A stretch of DNA of 24,000 nucleotides from an uncultured Candidatus Izemoplasmatales bacterium. GTDB lineage: Bacteria; Bacillota_I; Bacilli_A; Izemoplasmatales; Izemoplasmataceae. How positions within the stretch are numbered: the stretch's first letter is position 1; every line of letters begins with the position of its first letter. Under the pieces are notes generated by a model. That model did no database searches. It had not been told where the DNA came from and saw only the letters and a program-made list of their open reading frames with translations. Both the position numbers and the translations under genes were made by a program. Positions 23,842 to 24,000 of the stretch are shown piece by piece. Where the stretch lies: contig CAZWIZ010000005.1 in the NCBI GenBank assembly GCA_964634385.1, positions 4,849 to 28,848 on the forward strand. The letters run 5' to 3'.

Positions 23842-24000
23842 TTGGTCTTGTTGTTTTTAATAAATATTTTTTCAATACCTTGATCTAAATCTTTTTCACC
23901 TTTTAATAAAAATATACTTTGTTTAATGATTTTTTCCTCAAATAATATTAAACTTAAATATAATAAGAATATAATCACACTTCCAAAGAACCATAATTCA
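23829..24000 (-). CDS. 3' end of a minus-strand gene (membrane protein C-terminus); start lies outside the window
   Basis: Open minus-strand frame from the window edge reads ..ELWFFGSVIIFLLYLSLILFEEKIIKQSIFLLKGEKDLDQGIEKIFIKNNKTNKKS*, with TAA at 23831-23829. Not in the supplied ORF track because it has no start in the window. Confidence 0.4.
   Translation of the reverse strand, partial: ELWFFGSVIIFLLYLSLILFEEKIIKQSIFLLKGEKDLDQGIEKIFIKNNKTNKKS

Overview
This is a low-GC, Firmicutes/Acholeplasma-like chromosomal segment. It uses the standard code (TGA is a stop in several genes, Trp is TGG), GGAGG-type ribosome-binding sites, and TTGACA-17-TATAAT-type promoters.

The window has two parts.

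(1) Positions 1 to about 10,700 form an accessory, cassette-like region. One- and two-gene modules are separated by at least 8 same-orientation copies of a 75-115 nt repeat. The modules are a Fic protein, an IS3-family remnant, two divergently oriented pairs of secreted/anchored proteins, an AbiEi/AbiEii toxin-antitoxin pair, an excisionase-type HTH protein, a minimal nucleotidyltransferase plus partner, a small membrane protein and a DEAD-box helicase. The repeat core mimics the 3' half of tRNA-Arg(UCU), from anticodon loop CTTCTAA through the T arm GGGGGTTCGAATCCCTC, acceptor 3' strand and GCCA, and is fused to an intrinsic-terminator hairpin. No recombinase is visible in the window. This repeat-punctuated array is the most unusual thing here.

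(2) Positions 10,900-24,000 are mostly core-like:
- a roughly 290 nt GC-enriched structured leader ahead of a pentapeptide-repeat protein
- small membrane proteins
- a tight cluster of an atypical CheY-like receiver, a NUDIX hydrolase and a DUF2779-type nuclease
- trigger factor and a Cof-type HAD phosphatase
- a heavily decayed ptsI pseudogene
- Lon protease
- a KNTase-like nucleotidyltransferase coupled to threonine aldolase and an esterase

All calls come from reading motifs by eye. No database searches or folding programs were run.
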